A stretch of 64,000 nucleotides of DNA from Octopus vulgaris (taxonomy: Eukaryota), in assembly GCA_951406725.2 (NCBI GenBank), contig OX597838.1, positions 2,418,001 to 2,482,000 on the forward strand, read 5' to 3'. Within the stretch, counting starts at the first letter, position 1, and each line of letters starts with the position of its first letter. Positions 11,905-26,870 of this stretch are shown here, in pieces. Under the pieces are notes generated by a model. It searched no databases. It had not been told where the DNA came from and saw only the letters and a program-made list of their open reading frames with translations. Made by a program: the position numbers and the translations under genes.

Positions 11905-12071
11905 GACAGGCTTCTTTTAGTTTCCGTCTACCGACCTACCAAATCCACTAGCAAGTCTTTTGACAACCTGGAACTATAGTAGAAGACACATGCTGAAGGT
12001 ACCATGCATTGGGACTGAACTCGGTACCATGTGGTTGAGAATCAAACTTCTTACCACACAGCCACGCCTGT
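11902..12071 (-). mobile_element. SINE family A, 5' half
   Basis: The minus strand reads CAGGCGTGGCTGTGTGGTAAGAAG...GAGTTCAGTCCC...GACGGAAACTAAAAGAAGCCTGTCG. Confidence 0.85.
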
Positions 12072-12289
12072 ACTATTGACATATTTATGTGCCCTGATTG
12101 TGATGGTTTGTGTAGCTCAGAGCCACTTTGAAGTTATCGGTATCTATGCTCTTCACTAAACCACAGGAACGTGGTTTCAAGCCGATCGCCGGTTCTGTTC
12201 ATTTTCTTTCTTCAGTTGGACTTGAAAATATGTAATTTTAGATTTTTATTATATATATATTCAACATGTCGTTTTCAACAGAATTAAGA

Positions 12290-12870
12290 TAAGAATGAAA
12301 AGCCAGATTAAACATTAATGGAAAGATGAATCGTATTTAAGAAAACGTATTTAAAGGTGCCTTCTGTGATGCCGATATTTAATTTTCTGCCGTTTTCCCC
12401 ATTGAAACACCTTTAAGTAAATATGACACACCGGATTCATAAATTATACATGAAGACATGTAAGAGACATAGCTGTTTCCTTTTACAGTTGCATGCAAAA
12501 TTATTTTTCTTTGTCGTATGAGAATAACTTGTAAAAACTTAACCACTCTTTTCCGTGCAATTGTGACTAACTTTGGAATTATTAATGTTAGATAATTTAC
12601 GGTGTTTCTGTGATCGATTGAAAAGTACTTATCGGTAACTGCTAAAATATTTCTTACTGTATTAGATTATACATTTAACGAAGATGGAGGATTAAACCAA
12701 ACAATATTCCACTTTCTGTTCTTATTTGAAGATTATGGTTGTCAAGATAAACATTATTTATTTCTTTAAATCCGCTTCTTTTTATAAGACATTATTTTAG
12801 TAAGTAGCAGACTTGTCAAAGATTGTATTATCCGACAATAAATGAGAGACTTTGGTTGGAAAAACCTCAT
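12290..12870 (-). mobile_element. Decayed Penelope-like retroelement: thumb/linker and GIY-YIG endonuclease region (may extend to ~13800)
   Basis: Manual minus-strand translation across stops and frameshifts gives SDNTIFDKSATY*, RKWNIVWFNPPSSLNV*SNTVRNILAVTDKYF, ACNCKRKQLCL, SSCIIYESGV and NIGITEGTFK. These are the WFNPP, CNC and IIY...(Y)IG-T---FK motifs of Penelope-like elements, in the correct order. Confidence 0.85.
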
Positions 12871-14596
12871 GTATAGACCATGATCGGTGGGGAGGTAAGT
12901 GTAGCAGTCTAAATACTTATTGTAATTTGGAGAAAGAAACAGATATAAAAGACGAAAATTTCTTTTAAAACTATTTAGTGTCGATATAAGACGGTGATAG
13001 GCATGAATGATGCTACTTCATTTGTGTTTAGCTTGAGAGGTTTTTCAGAATTGTTTTAATGTTTCCCATCTTCCAAGTTTTTCATAATTTGAACGAGTTG
13101 TTCATATCTTCAGACGTTGCTCAGGGTTACCATTTAGAGCTTGGGTGTTTTAGGTATGTTTGTCATTGTGGCAGATTCTGAAATATTTGGGTTTTCATAT
13201 TTCTCTAATACGTTTGGGCTCTGGTTTTAAGAGTAAAGATCAAAATCATTGTCTGGACAGAAGGGGCATAATTTCCTTGTTCTATTTATATTTAAACTCT
13301 AGTTTTCGCTGGTTGACCTTCGATAAATCATTTATAACCGTGTTTCTTGGTCTTGGGGTAATTTCTGTTATGTAAGACTGCTATTATCTCCTATGCTCTA
13401 ATCAAGTACAGTGACTGATCAAACCATTCCCTCGATTTAAAACCATTACAAGGACTTTAGTTGTATGTACAAAGCAACAAGGCCCCATCTTATTCTCTCA
13501 CAATTTTCGAACTTCGTCTCTTTTCTTCTTTTCTCTCGACAGATCACTTCATAAGCCGAGCCCCCTGCATTGCACGATCCAGCTACACTTTCGTCAAAAG
13601 TGTGTCAAAAGCCATATCAAAAGGCTATGGGAGGAGGTCTTTCTCCTCCACCTTACACTTGAAAACAAACAAGATAGATGGAAAACAGATACAAAAACAA
13701 CCAAAATGTGGCAATTGTGTTTCATAGTAATGGCTTCCTCTCTCGTTTCATACTTGCAGGTCTTCATCAATAATTCGACAGAGGAGAGGTAACAACAGGG
13801 AATGTTATAGGATCGAATTAACAGTTGTATATAGAGAAATATGAAGAGTCAAAATGGCGGCTAATCGACTGATGATTGATTAGTCTGATCAGTTAAAACC
13901 CATTTTTTGTGTTATTTTTGTTTTTCTTTTCTTGTTTTTGACCAGGCAATGACGGATATAACTAAGTGTTGGAGTTCGATATAAAAATTTCATGAAAGCA
14001 ACAGGTCCACTTATGAATGAAATATAGAAAGCTCTCCACTCGTTTTATTTTCGCTTAATAAATATATGTGTGTGTGAGTGTGCGTATGAGTGTGTTTGTG
14101 TGTGTGTGCGTGTACATGTGCATGTGTGTGAGTATACTTATATACGCACAACTATCTATAATACAAGCTCGCAGACACATGCACGTATATATATAGGCAT
14201 ATTGATATTATATATATGTAAATATATATATATATACACGCACATATAGACATTTATATATATATATATATACGTCACACACACACACATATATATATAT
14301 ACATATATATTACATAGATACCTTTATGCAGACATGAATATGTGCGTACACAAACTGTATATATCTGTATACTCACACGTATATATACATATATTAAATA
14401 AAGGTACACACACATATATATATACATACATACATACATACATGTCAATATATGGCTACACGCACACAGGCATTTATATTTATGCTTGCATATTTATATG
14501 TATATATATCATTCGTGTGTCTCTTTATGCGTGTATGAACATGTATTAATTCGTATATAGTATATAATATATATAAACACATCGCCATACAATACT

Positions 14597-14637
<41 letters not shown>

Positions 14638-15048
14638 ACACACATATTATTTTGCAAGATTCTGCAGTAAGTTTATTTAATCTCATCCCGACTGTGTGGC
14701 GCAGCTTCAACGTGTTACCTCCTTGCTCTCCTTCTCCGCCTCCTCTCCCCGTTTCTGCTTCTCCTTCCTCTCCTCTTCCTGTCCCTATAAATCTTAATAC
14801 TCTATATCAAGCCATTCTTCACCATTCTATTCTCACTTTATTATTTCATCCAACCATACTTGTTTCCTTCGATGCAATTGAGAAGAACTACAGTTCTTCG
14901 GGCTGTAAATACTTAATGCCGTACACCTAGTATGACAAACACGTTTGCTTTTTATTGTTAACCGCATATAACCACATATACATATATACATATATGCATA
15001 GACATACACATACATATATATATATATATACATACATACATACATACA

Positions 15049-15080
<32 letters not shown>

Positions 15081-15134
15081 AATATATAGGCCTGTCTATT
15101 TGTATATGCGTGTGCTCTGTGTGTTTGCGTGTGA

Positions 15135-15201
<67 letters not shown>

Positions 15202-15521
15202 CGTGTGCGTGCGTGTGTCGATCTGTTTATCTCTCACACTCCATCTGTCTCTAACCAGATTTAGCCAGATTCTGGTGAGATGGTTTTGGGATGAACTTTT
15301 CTTCTGCATCATTGGAATACCAATTGCAAGAAATTACCACTGTCGTGATGACATGTCTGTATAATGTGCGCATAATGTATACGCATGCACACACACATAC
15401 ACACACATACACATACGCACACGCACACACATGTGTGTTTGTGTGTTATATGTGTGTGCGTCTGTTATGCATTGTTCTATACGTAGATAGTGCGAAAAGA
15501 TATCGGTGTACTTGATGTGTG

Positions 15522-15563
<42 letters not shown>

Positions 15564-15914
15564 GTATATATACATGCATGTAGTTGGTTTATATATTCAT
15601 AGATAGATAGATACATACATACATACATACATACATACATACATACATACATACATACATAGGTAGATAGATAGATGGATAGATATGTAAATAAATATAT
15701 AAATATATATACACATGCATATATATATACATATCTATATACATATATACATACATATTTATTATGTATATACGTATTTTTATGTATGTTTATATACATA
15801 TGTACGTACATATATATATGTATTTGTTTGTGTGTTTTTATATATAGATATATGTGTGTATACGTATGTATATGCATTTAAGTATATATGTATGCACATA
15901 TGAGAGAGAGAGAG

Positions 15915-15960
<46 letters not shown>

Positions 15961-16422
15961 TGGTGTGTTTCTCTGCGTGCATGCCTGTGTGTAAGAAGTG
16001 TGAAAAGAAAGGCCCCAGCAATTACAGTCTCGCGAACACACACACGGTCACACACACATGCACATGTAACCACATAAACATACCCATACACATACACACA
16101 CACACACACACACATATACACTCATGTACGATGATATTTTGACGAGTGATATGTGTCTTCGTATATATATATATACATACATACATACGCATGTACCCGT
16201 CTACCCAAAATCGACCAATGTTTGTATTGCTGTTGTTGCTGCTGCTTATTACTGTAAACCTTCTTCTGGTCCTCCATGCAGACTTTAGAATTACATTCTG
16301 TGAAAATGAAGACATCTGTAAAGTCGGTTTTTTCTTCTTCTTCTTCTTACTAAAGTTTCTGTTGCGGTTTTCACTGTTCTCGTTAATGCTTTAGTTGTTG
16401 TTGTTGCTGTTTCGTGCACGTA

Positions 16423-16760
16423 GTTGTGGTGGTAGTGATGGTGGTGGTGGTGATGGTGGTGGTGGTGGTAGTGATGGTGGTGGTGATGGTGGTAGTAGTG
16501 GTGGTGGTGGTGGTGGTGGTGGTGGTGATGGTGGTGGTGGTGGTGATGGTGGTGGTGGTGGTGGTGGAGGTTTTACTGTCGGCCTTGTTGTTAGTGATGT
16601 TGCTGCTGTTGTTGTTAGTGGTTTTAATGGTTTCAGATTTGGTGATGTTGGTGTGGACGGAGATGTGACGGCGGTGTTGCCGGCGGTGGAGATTTGCAAG
16701 TGATGGTGGTGGTGGTCGTGGTGGTGGTGGTGTTGGTGGTGGTCGAATTGGGGATGGTTT
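16423..16760. repeat. (GGT)n / (GTT)n low-complexity tract
   Basis: Directly visible; it is the source of the poly-G/V/P/T ORFs. Confidence 0.9.
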
Positions 16761-17072
16761 AGGGTGGAAGTGACAATGGAAACGATGCAAACGGTCACGG
16801 AGGAGGTGACGCTGGTGAGGAAGGTGACTCTGCTGAGCCGCTGCGGCACTTGGTTTTTTCTGTATTTACATACGTCTGACGAGTTTGAGAAATGTTGAAT
16901 AGCACTGCATCACACCTTATACAACCATCACCATCGTCATCATCCCAATCGCCGTCCTCATCCTCCCCATCATCACCACATAATAATAACAACAACAACA
17001 ATAATTATAATAACAGTAATAATAATAATAATAATCAACACCCGTTAACTCAACGACCACCATAATTACTAC

Positions 17073-17108
<36 letters not shown>

Positions 17109-17350
17109 AGTCAAATTCACATCATCATCATCATCATCATCAATATCCTTATTGATGTGTGTCCTTTCCAATGTCTTCCTCTTCTCCGCAACTTCTTCAG
17201 CCCATTCCGCTTTCTCAAACAACAAACACCACCACCACCACAACAACAATAACAGCAACAACAACAGGCAACATCTCCGCCACTCCTGTTATACAACACC
17301 GTCAGTTTTACCTTGCTCATACGAACACTCATACACGAACACACGTACAC

Positions 17351-17385
<35 letters not shown>

Positions 17386-18497
17386 CATATATGTGTGTGT
17401 GTGTGTATACGTAGAAAAATACATACCGGTAAACAGACGCACACACATACACATACTGAATAGCAGCCATACAAGTGCACAATTAGATGCAGTCATCCAG
17501 ATACAGGCATACGTACAGAAACATATATTGAGATCGAGATATATACAAAAATAGATGCACACACATGGATGTGTATACAACGACACATATTTGGTTATTC
17601 GTATATATAGCTACATACATACATACATACATACATACAGGCAAATAAATAGATACACAGAGACACACAGACACACATACACCGCTAGATGTACATACAG
17701 ATACATACACACACAAACGTACCTTCATATTTCCATGCATAGAGACATATATACACACAAAAGAACAAGACAAATGCTTACAAACATACGTACAAAGATG
17801 CATACGTATATACAAACATATAATAATATAATTAATATATAGATATATGCATATATACATGCATATATGTACATATACATACATACCGTTCGTTCATACA
17901 CTCATGCATACGTACGGACGTACGGACGTACATGTATGCATTCATCGATACATTCATAGATACATACATACATATATACGCACATATACACGTACACACA
18001 TACATACACACGGACAGACAGTCTGACGGACAGTTAGACAGTAGGTAGGCAGAAAGACAAACAAATGAACAGACGGACAGAGACATACAGACAGACATAA
18101 CAGGTGGTTATTTACCTCTGTAATTATGATGTTTTAAAGTGTTTGTGAAAAAGTTTTTCAGAAAGGTAGGGGGTGAAGGGGGTAGAGAGGACTTTAGCTG
18201 AGGAGAAGGCGTGGTACTGGAGCGGTCTGTAGGGGGTGTGGTGGTTGTTGGAAGAGCAGTCACCTTGGTAGTGGTGCCGGTGGTGGTGGGGAGGGGGAAG
18301 GTGGTGACGGTGGTGATGGTAGTAGCCGTGTTTCCGGTGGCGCTTTTGGCAGTGCTGTTTTCGTGATTAAGACTTCATCCTGTTGTTTGTGATGATGTTG
18401 TTGATGGTCTTGTTGTTTGTACTCTGAGATACGCATCCACTGTGCCCATTCTTATGTACCTACACTTTGAAGTACATATATTTACACATACATTTTG

Positions 18498-18540
<43 letters not shown>

Positions 18541-19427
18541 TATACATATGTGTGTGTGTTGTGTAATATATATATATATATATATTTAAGCGTTAAAGTT
18601 TCTAAAAAACATAGTCAGAGTGTATATTAAGTACATGGTGCCATGCCTACTTTTTTATTGTTAATTTTTTAAAAAACCGTTTTTTCTTAGCATTTGTGTT
18701 TCAAAAAGCTGCAATCGTCAGGTGAAACTTTTTTTTTCGCAATATTCCAAATTTCTTCGCAATTCATTGGACTGGCTTCTTTGTCCTGTGCATGGTTCTC
18801 ACTTATGTTAGTCAGCATATTAATATGGTCTTTTATCAGGTAGATTCCGATAATATTCTCTTGTATTTTCCAATGTTACTGAAGAAGCAGCAAAATAATT
18901 GAGTAGGTATTGAATATATATTTTTATACATACATAATATATATATATATATGTATGTAGTATGTATGCATGTATGTATGCATATAATTATCTATCTACT
19001 ATCTATCTGTGTATATATATATTATATATATGTATATGGAAATATATATACATATACACATATATATTTATGTGTGTATCTGATAATCGTATTATTCATA
19101 TCATATAAGATATAATAAGATATAACAATGGTCACAGATAAATAAAGTCGTTCATCTCCTTCAAATTGCGGATAGTGTTACATAGAGACACTTCCTGTAA
19201 GATTGTAATATACATATGTGTCTGTGTGTGTGTTTAGGTGTGTGGGTAGGTGTGCAAGAGAGTATGCATATGAATTTATATATATATGCATTAAACATAT
19301 ATATACATTTCATGTTATTACTGATAAATATAGCTGTATATTAATTTAATAATAATAATGATATTCATGCACATACGTACGTATATAACTATACAGACAT
19401 ATATGTATATATGTATGTATATTTATG

Positions 19428-19470
<43 letters not shown>

Positions 19471-19555
19471 TCACACACACATACACACATAGAAGAATCT
19501 AAAATATACGGGTATCTTAAATAAGGAGTATTAATAACAACAACAACAACGAGAA

Positions 19556-19557
<2 letters not shown>

Positions 19558-19607
<50 letters not shown>

Positions 19608-19617
19608 TTTATTTTTA

Positions 19618-19685
<68 letters not shown>

Positions 19686-19738
19686 ATTATTATTATTATT
19701 ATTATTATAATCATTATTATTATTGCTATCATTATTAC
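19558..19738. repeat. (TTA)n microsatellite
   Basis: Directly visible. Confidence 0.95.
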
Positions 19739-20224
19739 TAATATGTATACGCGGGTCCCTATTATGTATGTGCGTGTGTGTGTTTGTGTGTTTGCATGTA
19801 TATATGTATGTATATGCGTGTGTATGTAATACTCATACACACACTTGTTCAAACTTTGTCTAAAAAATACACAGAAGCCATTATATTGTAAAAGGAATGG
19901 TTTTTTTGTATGTTTTTGATTATTTTCCATTGTACATGTCTATGGGTCAAGTAGCAAGGTGTTACAGACATCAATTTATTTGCATCGAACTTTGGAGGAA
20001 TTCTTCATGTTATTATTGGTTTTTTTCTCTTAGTGTTTTTTTTAAAATATTTTTTGTTCTTTGTTTTAGATATTGATCTTCAAATCTTTCTGTAGAATTG
20101 AAAATGTTTTATTTTTTTATTTCACATTTTCAGGTGTTTTCTGATTTAATGCGTTTTACATTTCCTTCTTTTTACTGAATATCATGATTACACACATATA
20201 TATATACATATATATATACATATC

Positions 20225-20259
<35 letters not shown>

Positions 20260-20291
20260 CTAAATACATACATATGTATTATATAATGCAT

Positions 20292-20371
<80 letters not shown>

Positions 20372-20531
20372 GTGTATAGATATATAGATAGGTATGTATA
20401 TATAATCATGTGTATCTATTGCGACAAGTATGTAATGGCCATTTTCAACTGCTGTTTTGTAATCATATTGTTGTGTAAGAATGAAAAAAAATCTGGAATT
20501 CGATAATAAAATATTACAATTTTCGTGCAGC

Positions 20532-20604
<73 letters not shown>

Positions 20605-21212
20605 TATGTATATATATATATATATTCATATATATATGCATATACACATACGTATATATACATATATATACATATGTATATATACATATATATATGTACA
20701 TGTATAGGTATATATACGAATATGTATTGCGTGTAAGTCTGTGCCTACGCACGCGCGCGTAGTGTGCGTGTATGTGTCTATAGAGTCCTGTCTGTATTCA
20801 CAGATACATGCATATACATTTGACGCCAAAAGATTTTATACATACATACATATATGTATAGTTATATGTGCCATTAAGATGTTAGATAAATAAACATATC
20901 GGTGTGTGAGTATGTTTGAATGTGAAACATTGCTCATATAATGCTACATGCCACATGTGTATATGCATCTGTTCGTCGCGTCCTCATCAAAATACACATT
21001 GTATGTAAAGATTTGTAGATAGATAAAGATATATAGGGAAGATATATACACTGATGTGTTTTTATACACACACACACACGCACACACGGCCACTGTATGG
21101 ACACACTCAGACACACACATACACGTATGTATATGGTTATATGTCTCTATATACTTACGTTTATATAAAGTGATAGCATTTCATGAAGTGAACATATGTG
21201 CCTGCACGTTTT

Positions 21213-21331
<119 letters not shown>

Positions 21332-21999
21332 TTACATATACATATACATATATGTATGTACGTATGTATATGTATACACACACACATATATATATATGTA
21401 TACATAGATATAAATATATATGTATATATATATATATATGTGTGTATATGTATATATATGTATACATTTGCACAGACACACACATACCTATAATTTATGT
21501 ATGTATATGTATATATGTATATATATATGCAAACATTTATGGATATTTATATATATATACATGTATATTTATATATATACATTTATATATATAAATATAT
21601 ATGTATATGTGTGTGTGCGTGTGTACTCCTACTTACAAACATATACATACGTACACAAGCAACAACGTATATGCACATATATACATGCATATGCACTCAC
21701 CACACACACACACACACACACACACACCTGCATTTCTTCCATGCACACACCCATTCTTGCATCCCTCCCATAAAATATATTTCTGCTGTCAGAGTGTTCC
21801 ACACCAAAGGTTGTTGCCCTCTCTTATCTATTGAACAAAAAGCTTTTACACGAGGAACAATTTAAAAGATTGCCTGAACTGTCGGGGGCGTCCCCTGGCG
21901 CTCATTACTGCACGCCATTGTTTCATACATTTATTCAGGAAACGTCAGACTAATTTATGTCGGGTCAACCAGATTAGCTACATCTCGATCACGTGACAG

Positions 22000-22150
22000 A
22001 ACTGGAGAAAACTATGTCCCTCGATTTACCTGCTGCACTCTTGATGAAAGGTGACCTTTGATAATGTAGTCCTAGATGCATTTATGTTTTGAAGAGAAGT
22101 GCGAACGGTCACGTGGAAAGCATAGGGACGTATTCAGCTGCTCCTGGATT
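22000..22150 (-). mobile_element. Old interspersed repeat, family E (other degraded copies near 20-90, 22410-22560, 32560-32700, 58321-58640, 59540-59620, 61965-62125)
   Basis: Recurring motifs such as ATAATGTAGTCCTAGAT/AATGTATTCCTAGAT, GCTAGAAATA(G/A)C, GTGACCATCC and TTGATCGA. Class unknown. Confidence 0.45.
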
Positions 22151-22944
22151 AAACAGAGGTGAGATGAGGGATGAAGTGGGGGCGGTGAATGTCTACACTA
22201 TCACCACCACCTCCAGTATCAACACCGCCACCAACATACAGACAAACCACCACCACCACCATCATCATCATTGTCCTCACCATTTACCACCATCACTTAC
22301 ACCTCCGCCATCACCACCACCAACATTCACGACAACCAGGACAACACTCTCCGTTCTGTTCTAAGCACGCCACTCTTAACAGACAAGGAATCAGTACTTT
22401 GTTACTTGTCCAGTTAGAAATAGCTGTTAAATCCCAATAAAATGACTTTTGTCTTCGATGAAAAGAAACAACGGACAATGCTGAATATTGACATTGAAAT
22501 ACAAAACTTTAGAGAAAATGAAATGAGGTGGTCGTGGTTGGAGTGTCAGTTTGAGGAAGGATGACCAATATTTGAAATACAACAACTCAAATCACAAGCT
22601 GCTCTCTTAAAGATTACATGAGAAAATGTCATTGATGAACTATACATTATTTGCATTATTTACATTATTTACATTATGCCCATTTTAAATTCAAACTTCC
22701 TTTTGTCTATTGTTATATTATCTTTTAATTCTTCTCTGTAATTACTTTTCTTGTATACACTTTCCGCCGCCTGTATAATGTATTACCTCTGTTATTCCCC
22801 CCCCCCCCAGTCCTTGTCGTTTTAATGTATATATTTCTTCTCCTCGGAGAGTAGAAATGCATGAGTTGTTTCCAGATTTTAGGTTAAGGACGATGTCACG
22901 CATATACAGGTAATCGATATAATATGGCAAACGTATTTTGTAAT

Positions 22945-23170
22945 TATTACTTTTTAATTCAGGTTCTGATGGAACTCTTAGAGTTCCATCATGAGTAGAG
23001 AGTTTGCTACCTGCAGCATATGTTATCAGTTCGCTACAATTATTTAATACTTTCCTGATTATTCTAACCGTGCCCAGGAGGTAAAGTTTTTGTAACAGCT
23101 CTCCTGAGAACTCTATTCCCATTTCTTTTATATCCCTCTCGATGCTTTCTGCTACTGTCCCCAAGCATCT
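22945..23170 (-). mobile_element. 3' end of an R4/Dong-type (RLE) non-LTR retrotransposon
   Basis: CLGTVAESIERDIKEMGIEFSGELLQKLYLLGTVRIIRKVL matches the C-terminal LG...LQK--LLGT-RI-RKVL signature. It is followed by a short 3' UTR with an 11-bp stem-loop (22967-22991) and TAATAA. Confidence 0.75.
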
Positions 23171-23188
23171 GCTGTTATTATTATTATT

Positions 23189-23602
23189 GAGTGAGAGAGC
23201 TGTGTATGCCATCAAAGTGACACTGGGGTTAAATATACGAAGCCCAGTATACCCATCATGACTAGCCGTCTGATAAGGGTACACCAGGAACATGCATCAC
23301 AAACATATGTGCAGAACATAGTGACTTCATATTAAGATTACCAGCGTATGACCTTGCAGGTGAGGCCCACTTAGAATTTTCTTCAGGTCGAATAGGCCAT
23401 CCCGCTCAAAAGGCCCTTGTATAAGGGCTATTTAAGAGTGTTGGACGAAAGACCCACATTTCCAAACGTAAGTTATCCAAACCGCAAAGAATTCCTCTCA
23501 ACACATGGCTATGATGCTCCCACACTACTTCTGCTCGTGATCAATTGGTAAAGGTCAAGCAACTGACAAGCAAATGTTTGCTGCAGCCTATCTTTTATAC
23601 CA
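23189..23602 (-). mobile_element. Interspersed element X, truncated copy, embedded in TTA repeats
   Basis: Colinear with 55301-55760 apart from indels. Both copies begin GAGTGAGAGAGC immediately after (TTA)n. Strand inferred from a (TAA)n tail. Confidence 0.85.
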
Positions 23603-23627
23603 TTATCATCATCATCATCATCATTAC

Positions 23628-24100
<473 letters not shown>

Positions 24101-24387
24101 TACAGCAACAAACAGCTTTTATTTACAAAACATTACGACAAAGAAATTTTTATTGATGAAGGTAAAATCAACAACAGCAAAAACACCACAGACATCAACA
24201 GTTTCCATTGAGGCTACAACGACAGCAACAACAAGTATATACAAGAGCAACCACAACCACAACAATATCAACAACAATAGTTGTTGAATTGGAGGCAGCA
24301 GACTGTTATTGGAATGGTTATTTCATTCTGGTATCGACATCGGCTTCCATTGATGTCGATACCAGAATTAAGGCGAGAGTGAAAATG

Positions 24388-24680
24388 CATGGCGAAGTGG
24401 TTAGGATATTCTGCTCAAGATCGTAATGTCATGATTTCGATTCCCGGCGGCTCGTTGCGTTATTGGGCCAGATACCTTATTTCTTACTGCTCAGGTCTAC
24501 TCAGGTGGCAAAAAATGAGTTGTACACGAAATTCAAAGAGTCAGCCTTACCGTATCCGGTGAGAAGCACAGTTAGAGTACGGGTGTCTCAGCCACTTCCA
24601 CGTTGATTTCATAATCAGGCTGTTCCGTTCCTCGGATTCAACTGGAAGAGTCGTCGTCGTAACCGACGGAGTGCCAGTAA
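24388..24680 (+). mobile_element. tRNA-derived SINE, family C
   Basis: Head TGGCGAAGTGGTTAGG...TTCGATTCCC, body AAAAATGAGTTGTAC...CACGTTGATTTCAT, tail CAACTGGAA...GTCGTCGTAACCGACGGAGTGCCAG. Homologous to 50383-50685 and 39232-39495. Confidence 0.8.
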
Positions 24681-24737
24681 TATCAAGATTCTCCTGTGTA
24701 GAGATACAATCAAATAGCAGAACACATAGCTTCTTAT

Positions 24738-24953
24738 ATTCTTTTCTACTCTAGTCAAAAGGTCCGAAATTCTGAGGGTAGGGGTCAGTGGATTAGATCG
24801 ATTCTAGTACAGAACTGGTACTTATATTATCGACCCTGAAAGGAAGAAAGGGAAAGTCGACCTCAGCAGAATTTGAACTCAAAGCGTAAGGACTGACGAA
24901 ATACTGCTAAACATTTCGCCGGTCGTGCTACCGTTTCTGCCAGCTCGCCACCT
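24738..24953 (-). mobile_element. SINE family B, full length
   Basis: The minus strand reads GGTGGCGAGCTGGCAGAAACGGTAGCACG...GAGTTCAAATTCTGCTGAGGTCGACTTT...GGGTCGATAATATAAGTACCAG. Confidence 0.85.
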
Positions 24954-25131
24954 TACATAGGTTTATATATTAGACGAAACATAACACTGAATATCAAGCG
25001 GGGGAGGGGGAACGAGCAGACACAATGACACGCACACACGTAATATATACATACATACATACATACACACATACATATATACCTACATACATACATACAT
25101 GCATACATACATACATACATACATACATACA

Positions 25132-25214
<83 letters not shown>

Positions 25215-25269
25215 TATATAGAAGGAGCTTCTACAGGACTAGTGGTTAACCCCGAATCAACCCGGGACC

Positions 25270-25307
<38 letters not shown>

Positions 25308-25310
<3 letters not shown>

Positions 25311-25462
25311 GACGTCCTATTTCTGTTTCTGTCTACGAAATCCACTCACAAGGTTTTGGTGGGAAATACAAGAAGACACTTAGCCAAGGTACCATGCAGT
25401 GAGACTCAACCGGGAACCAAGTGGTTGCAGAGCAACCTTCTGGCCACACAGCCACGCCTGCG
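25308..25462 (-). mobile_element. SINE family A, 5' half
   Basis: The minus strand reads CGCAGGCGTGGCTGTGTGG...AAGTGTCTTCT...CCTTGTGAGTGGATTT. Confidence 0.8.
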
Positions 25463-26567
25463 ACTAGTTTATAGATGAACAAAAAAGACGCAATAGTAAT
25501 ACATAAAAATCGCAGGAAACACAGAGACCGATGCGTGTTATAAACCCGAATAACATAACGACCAAATAGCAGGAAGCGCGAACACTCGTAGATTTATATT
25601 AAACACAACCCAATAAGATATCATAGAAAGAGCAAGAAACACATAGCTGAACACATTAGAGAAACCCCACAGACCTACCATGTAAATAGAGATAGCTACA
25701 GTGAAATAATTTCCCCATCGCAAAGTGTAAAACAACATCAATACAAACGAAGGTTCTCTCAAATACACATTAAAATTATTTCCCAATACACAACGACAAA
25801 TACAAACACACGAAGAAAACAACACGTCAGCACACAAATGTTGTCACACACACACACACACATACAAACACATACACACGAACGCACACACATACACACA
25901 CGTTCTAACCCGCTCCTCCGTCTACCCCCTCCTCATCCACACCCACACATACCAACAAGTTAGTAATTCCAGTGAGTAATAAATCAGCTAAAATGTCTGC
26001 CAACATTATTTTTTTCTTCCATTTTGTGATGAAATTTTTCCTGTGTGTCATAAAATTTCATTTTCTGTTTCGTTTGTGGGTACATTTAATTCACACACAC
26101 ACACACACACATACATACACAGCACACAAACGCACACATAAACACAACACAACGCAAGACAACACATGACTGCACATACAAACTAAAACGAACATACACG
26201 AAAACATACGAACTCATACGAACACAGAGAAATTTCAAACGAACATACAAGAATTTAGACAAACACAAACCAATATAGAGACTTACAAATAAACAATCAC
26301 TCCACATATATTGACACACACACACGTATTACATTTAATCACTGCGACGGGGAAACTTACATACACCCCAGTATATATCTATATATATATATGATGTGAA
26401 TTTAAAGTAATGATAAAGCAAAAGGGGACTCAACGCTTGTTGGCAGAAAATATTTCTTGTTTATTAATAGCTAAATATAACTTGACGTGGCATGAAGTAG
26501 TGAAACTGGAATTGTATTGAGAAAATATATTCAGTTTCTAACAAGCGCACTCACACATACCAGCAGG

Positions 26568-26604
26568 TAGGTAGGTAGGTAGGTAGATATATAGATAGAC
26601 AGAC

Positions 26605-26696
<92 letters not shown>

Positions 26697-26697
26697 G
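26568..26697. repeat. (GGTA)n/(GATA)n tetranucleotide array
   Basis: Directly visible. Confidence 0.95.
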
Positions 26698-26870
26698 ATA
26701 TGTTTCTTTATTAGCCTCACAGGGCTACACACAGACAGGACAGATTACAAAGTAGAGCTTTTCTTTTGGGGGAGAAAAAAAGTTGGGTAGGTTTTCGATC
26801 AAAAGGGATCGTAAAAGGGAAAGAAAAAGAAAAAAAAAGAAAAAGAAAAAATGATCAATAGAGATCGTGT
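26698..26870 (-). mobile_element. Probable LINE 3' UTR end sharing its tail with SINE family B
   Basis: On the minus strand a pyrimidine-rich tract is followed by TCTGTCCTGTCTGTGTGTAGCCCTGTGAGGCTAATAAAGAAAC. This resembles the SINE B end GTCCTCTCTATGTTTAGCCCCTTGTGGGCAATAAAGAAAT and runs into (TATC)n. Confidence 0.5.

Noticed and set aside
13861-13892. TGATGA...CTGA as a C/D box snoRNA
   Set aside because: The boxes are under 10 nt apart, far too close for a snoRNA.
16383-16849. Gly-, Pro- or Thr-rich ORFs resembling extensin or mucin
   Set aside because: This is a (GGT)n-derived tract open in multiple frames on both strands, with no splice or domain support.
18165-18305. G-rich stretch as a G-quadruplex
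   Set aside because: The G-tracts occur in pairs separated by long loops; there is no compact four-tract motif.
22742-23293. 183-aa ORF with complex sequence
   Set aside because: It is a chance read-through of element X, a TAA linker and an R4/Dong C-terminal fragment; annotated as TE pieces.
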